Virus record (IMG/VR): IMGVR_UViG_3300050821_005035
Coordinates: 11,134-75,133 of that record
DNA length: 64,000 bases
Origin: a virus
Reading direction: 5' to 3' (one strand)
The notes beneath the pieces are model-generated. The model made no database searches. It was not told the origin of the DNA and saw nothing but the letters and a program-made list of their open reading frames with translations. Numbering within the stretch: position 1 is the first letter of the stretch; the number at the start of each line of letters is the position of its first letter. Below are positions 60,580 to 64,000 of the stretch, piece after piece. The translations under genes and the position numbers were made by a program.

Positions 60580-62901
60580 ATGGCAACAGCAGAGCAATCA
60601 AAAGAAGCAGCACGACGCAGAAAGGCCAACCAACGCGCTCGCGAGAAAGGAATGCCGGAACCTTATCCGGTAATAGATTTCTCAGCCGAAGAGGAAGAAA
60701 AATCTCGACGGCAGGAAGAGCACGAGGGGAACCTTGAGTGGGCATTGGTACAAGACGGCACCAATCTCTTTTATAAGAGCGAGTGCCGTAGTGCTATCCA
60801 GTTGCTCACAATCTACGAGGGTGGTGCGGTCTCTGTTGTCAGCGAAGAAAACGAAGCGGTCATAGATACCAAGACCGGGAAGAAGAAGAACAACATTCCG
60901 GTTCCGGTCTCTCAGAAGATTCAGATTCGAGCGATTGAAATAGACGGGCAGTGCATCGACCCCAACAACATCGAGCACAGAAAGACATACGAAGTCGACC
61001 AGGTCGTCTCATTCTTTGAGTGGCTCGACCTCCGAGATAAGGCCCGCAAAGACCTATTCTGGCTTGGCCGTTTGCTGGGGCGAAGTCTGTTCCACGATAC
61101 CCACCGCGTAATATGCGATGCCTTCGTGCAAAAGAATTTTGACGGGATGTATTTCCCAGACTGCACCTTCGACGACATACACGAGGGAATGATAGGCAAG
61201 CAGAAGCGTTTCGCGGCAGATGGCTCAGAGACACGCACGCTGATGCTGTTCGCCCCCAGATCGGGATATAAGTCAACAATCGACGGTTTGGATACGGCGC
61301 AGTGGATGTTAAACTGCCCAGACATCCGTATCATGATAATGACGTCGATCAAGAATTTGTCCAATCAGTTGATGGGCGAGGTCAAGCGGTATTTTTATTT
61401 GCCCCCTCGCGGCAAGCCGTCTGCGTTTCAGATGCTTTTTCCTGAGTACATTTTGACGGGTGTGGACGGGCGCTCGGAACAGCCTATCACCTGCCCAGCG
61501 CAGTTGTTCGACTCAAAGGAACCCCACGTCTGGGTTACGTCGCTAGACTCGTCCTTCGTTGGTCAACGTTGCGATATTAGAAAGCTCGACGACATCGTCG
61601 AGGATAAGAATTCATCGGATGAAGAACTCCGTGAGAAGTTGAAAGAGAAAGTCAAGTCAACTAACGCACTAGTAGAGCCTTGGGGATTTACCGACGTGAT
61701 CGGTACCCGCTACTTTACAGTTGACTGGTATGGCTGGCGCATGGGGCAAAATGCAGACGAGGAAGATGTCGTCTCGACCGAGCCATTCAAATATTTGAGC
61801 CTCTCCTGCTGGGAGATAAAGCCCGAGTTTCAGGCCCTCTACTCTCAACTTCTAGAAAAGCCAAACGGCCTCTTTGAAGTTACAGAGAACATGGTTGAAC
61901 TGTGGTTCCCATATAAGCTGAACTGGAAGGCGCTTCGCAGCAAACTGAAAGAGTACAAAGAGCGCGGTTTCAAGAACCAGTATTTGAACATCGCCACCGA
62001 CCCGATAGAAATAAGTGACTCCGTCGTTCACTTCGATGTAGAGACGTTACGACGTCACACATACGGCTCGTCTGCAGCGCCTGCAACAGGAGAGCTTCTT
62101 GTAACACTCGATTGGGCGTACTCGGACAGTAAGACAAGCGATTTTTCTGTTCTAGCCGCCATACGTCGTCACATTCGAGAAGACGGAACCCAGGAGTTGA
62201 TCGTTCTGGATGTTGACTACGATAAGTGGAAGGCATCAGACTTGGCCCAACACACAGTTCTATTTTTGAGAACACACAGACCCGACCGAACTTTTATAGA
62301 GAAGTCTCTCGGCGCAGACCTCTTTCTGATGGCCTTACAAGCATACGCAACTAAGTATGGGTGCTTGGATGTATTAAAGACCATTCAATGGGTGGGCGCG
62401 GGAAACACTTTAAACGAAAAAGCCAACCGCATCAAAACTTTAGAAGTCCTGATTGCCGATGATCGCCTTCACTTTGTTTCTGGTCCCTGGATTGATGAAC
62501 TTTATAGACAGTTCTCAAGGTTTACAGGAGACACAAAAAAGGGAAGAAAGGACGACATACCGGATAGCATTTCTCGCGCGTCTAGAACGCTTCCTTCCAG
62601 CATGTTCGTAAGGGCAAGGATAACGCCGGAAGAAGAAAATTTGCGTTTAGAACAAATGGAAAGAGAAGAAAGAAGACTTCTTCAACAGTTCCATTATAAC
62701 CGGATACACGGTCAACAACTCGGTGGTACCCGGAACAATCCGGGGGCGCCAAGTCATCAGGCACCTAAGCTTAGCCAATGGCGACAAGGGAAGAGAAGCG
62801 ACGAGGTCGCGCCTCCCCCCGCTCCTATATCTTCGGAGCCGCCTAAGCCCCAAGACCCCCGTATGCGAATATTTGGTAACAAAGGACCGTGGCGACTGTG
62901 A
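60580..62901 (+). CDS. terL: terminase large subunit
   Basis: APRSGYKST Walker A, LDD Walker B, IGTRY, QYLN, LDWA...SDFS, DDIPD nuclease motifs. Confidence 0.9.
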   Translation: MATAEQSKEAARRRKANQRAREKGMPEPYPVIDFSAEEEEKSRRQEEHEGNLEWALVQDGTNLFYKSECRSAIQLLTIYEGGAVSVVSEENEAVIDTKTGKKKNNIPVPVSQKIQIRAIEIDGQCIDPNNIEHRKTYEVDQVVSFFEWLDLRDKARKDLFWLGRLLGRSLFHDTHRVICDAFVQKNFDGMYFPDCTFDDIHEGMIGKQKRFAADGSETRTLMLFAPRSGYKSTIDGLDTAQWMLNCPDIRIMIMTSIKNLSNQLMGEVKRYFYLPPRGKPSAFQMLFPEYILTGVDGRSEQPITCPAQLFDSKEPHVWVTSLDSSFVGQRCDIRKLDDIVEDKNSSDEELREKLKEKVKSTNALVEPWGFTDVIGTRYFTVDWYGWRMGQNADEEDVVSTEPFKYLSLSCWEIKPEFQALYSQLLEKPNGLFEVTENMVELWFPYKLNWKALRSKLKEYKERGFKNQYLNIATDPIEISDSVVHFDVETLRRHTYGSSAAPATGELLVTLDWAYSDSKTSDFSVLAAIRRHIREDGTQELIVLDVDYDKWKASDLAQHTVLFLRTHRPDRTFIEKSLGADLFLMALQAYATKYGCLDVLKTIQWVGAGNTLNEKANRIKTLEVLIADDRLHFVSGPWIDELYRQFSRFTGDTKKGRKDDIPDSISRASRTLPSSMFVRARITPEEENLRLEQMEREERRLLQQFHYNRIHGQQLGGTRNNPGAPSHQAPKLSQWRQGKRSDEVAPPPAPISSEPPKPQDPRMRIFGNKGPWRL

Positions 62902-64000
62902 GCGATATCGACCAGAAGATAGCGGGATTAGAAACGGAAAAGGCCAATGAGATCACTACGGAAAATACGTACATTGACTCGGAGACTGGGACCGTTCAGT
63001 TTAACGACACTGCTGCGATTAACCTCGTTCTTAGCAATACGGAACTAGCTGACAACTTTATCAACATCAACCAGTGGGCGAGCGGATGGACCATGTCCGA
63101 CTTGTTGTATCAATCGCCCATTTCTACCAGCAACTACGACACCGGGACCGACGTAGCAAACTCGGCGGTGCCGAAGTTCATGGTATCGAATCACATTAGC
63201 TCTATCGTTCCGAAGCTGATGGGCGGACTCTTCTACGAAGACCCGTGCTTCCTACTCAGGCCTAGCCCGGGCACTTCTCCGGAAATCATCCAAGCCAAGA
63301 CCGCGATGTTCACGTTCCAACTCAAGGCGATGCGCTTTGAGGAAGAAGTTGAACGCGGGCTGGAGCAGATGGCCCTCCTCGGCACAGGTATTTGGAAGTG
63401 GGGATACACCGAGTACGAGAAGACAGAGAAGAAGTACAAGCGTTACGCGCCAAAGATTCAGGTGCCCGACGGCATCGAGACCACGCCGATTGATACGCCT
63501 GACTCTGACGACTTCGAGATCGAATTTTATCAGAAGACCGTATCGCATCCGTGGATTAAATTTTGCGATATCCGAACAGTCCTTGTGGACCCAGGCTGTC
63601 GAGTCGGCGATATTCGTGCGGCGAAGTGGGTTGTATACCGCGACTACGCGACCTACGAAGATTTGAACCGCCTACGCGGAACAGAGGGTTACAACATTCC
63701 CAGCGAAGAAGTTCTTCGCCGCATGTTCGAGAAGGCAACCTCTCCCGGACCCGACAACATTTCTATGACCATCCCGGAAGGGATGATGGGCTATTTGCAG
63801 CACGCGAAGCCCCGCAGCTACAAGACGTCGGCTGACCCGAACAAGGCTCCGCTGGAACTCTTGGAGCATTGGGACAATGATAAGGTTATCGTTGTTCTGA
63901 TCTACAACGGCCACAACATTCTAATTCGCAACGAAGCCAACCCGTACGGAAAGATTCCTTTCTACTCGGCTAACTGGCGCAACATCCCTGACAGCTTTTA
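62898..64000 (+). CDS. portal protein (runs off window)
   Basis: Reading frame starting at a GTG that overlaps the terL stop; ...EQMALLGTGIWKWG... and LVDP motifs typical of P22-like portals. Confidence 0.75.
   Translation, partial: MSDIDQKIAGLETEKANEITTENTYIDSETGTVQFNDTAAINLVLSNTELADNFININQWASGWTMSDLLYQSPISTSNYDTGTDVANSAVPKFMVSNHISSIVPKLMGGLFYEDPCFLLRPSPGTSPEIIQAKTAMFTFQLKAMRFEEEVERGLEQMALLGTGIWKWGYTEYEKTEKKYKRYAPKIQVPDGIETTPIDTPDSDDFEIEFYQKTVSHPWIKFCDIRTVLVDPGCRVGDIRAAKWVVYRDYATYEDLNRLRGTEGYNIPSEEVLRRMFEKATSPGPDNISMTIPEGMMGYLQHAKPRSYKTSADPNKAPLELLEHWDNDKVIVVLIYNGHNILIRNEANPYGKIPFYSANWRNIPDSF

Overview
The window is a 64-kb stretch of a tailed dsDNA phage genome, probably temperate; the host cannot be determined from the sequence. 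It has two divergent arms. The left arm (minus strand, about 1-49150) carries, in order of transcription: early small-gene modules driven by a repeated promoter cassette, a structured non-coding RNA, a phosphoesterase, and a low-GC cassette of promoter, aberrant tRNA-Gly-like gene, unknown ORF and Mom-family adenine-modification enzyme. These are followed by nucleotide-metabolism and replication genes (dNMP kinase, HD hydrolase, DEDDh exonuclease, primase-polymerase, a split family A DNA polymerase, SSAP, UvrD, PD-(D/E)XK nuclease), an 11.5-kb glycosylation island, a GH108 endolysin and the 5' end of a tyrosine integrase. A repeat-rich non-coding region (about 49150-50340) separates the arms. 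The right arm (plus strand) has an RHH regulator, small proteins, a tRNA/tRNA-like cluster, Ser/Thr-rich putative virion proteins, a holin-like gene, large terminase and the start of the portal. The best candidates for an undescribed system are (1) a Mom enzyme co-transcribed with a tRNA-Gly-like RNA that keeps glycyl-tRNA synthetase identity elements but looks unfit for decoding, suggesting a dedicated glycyl donor for DNA hypermodification, and (2) GT12-like, GT31, GT6 and GT11 transferases (the families that build animal ganglioside and ABO glycans) beside a putative branched dideoxy-sugar pathway. All assignments come from motif reading by eye; no searches were run.
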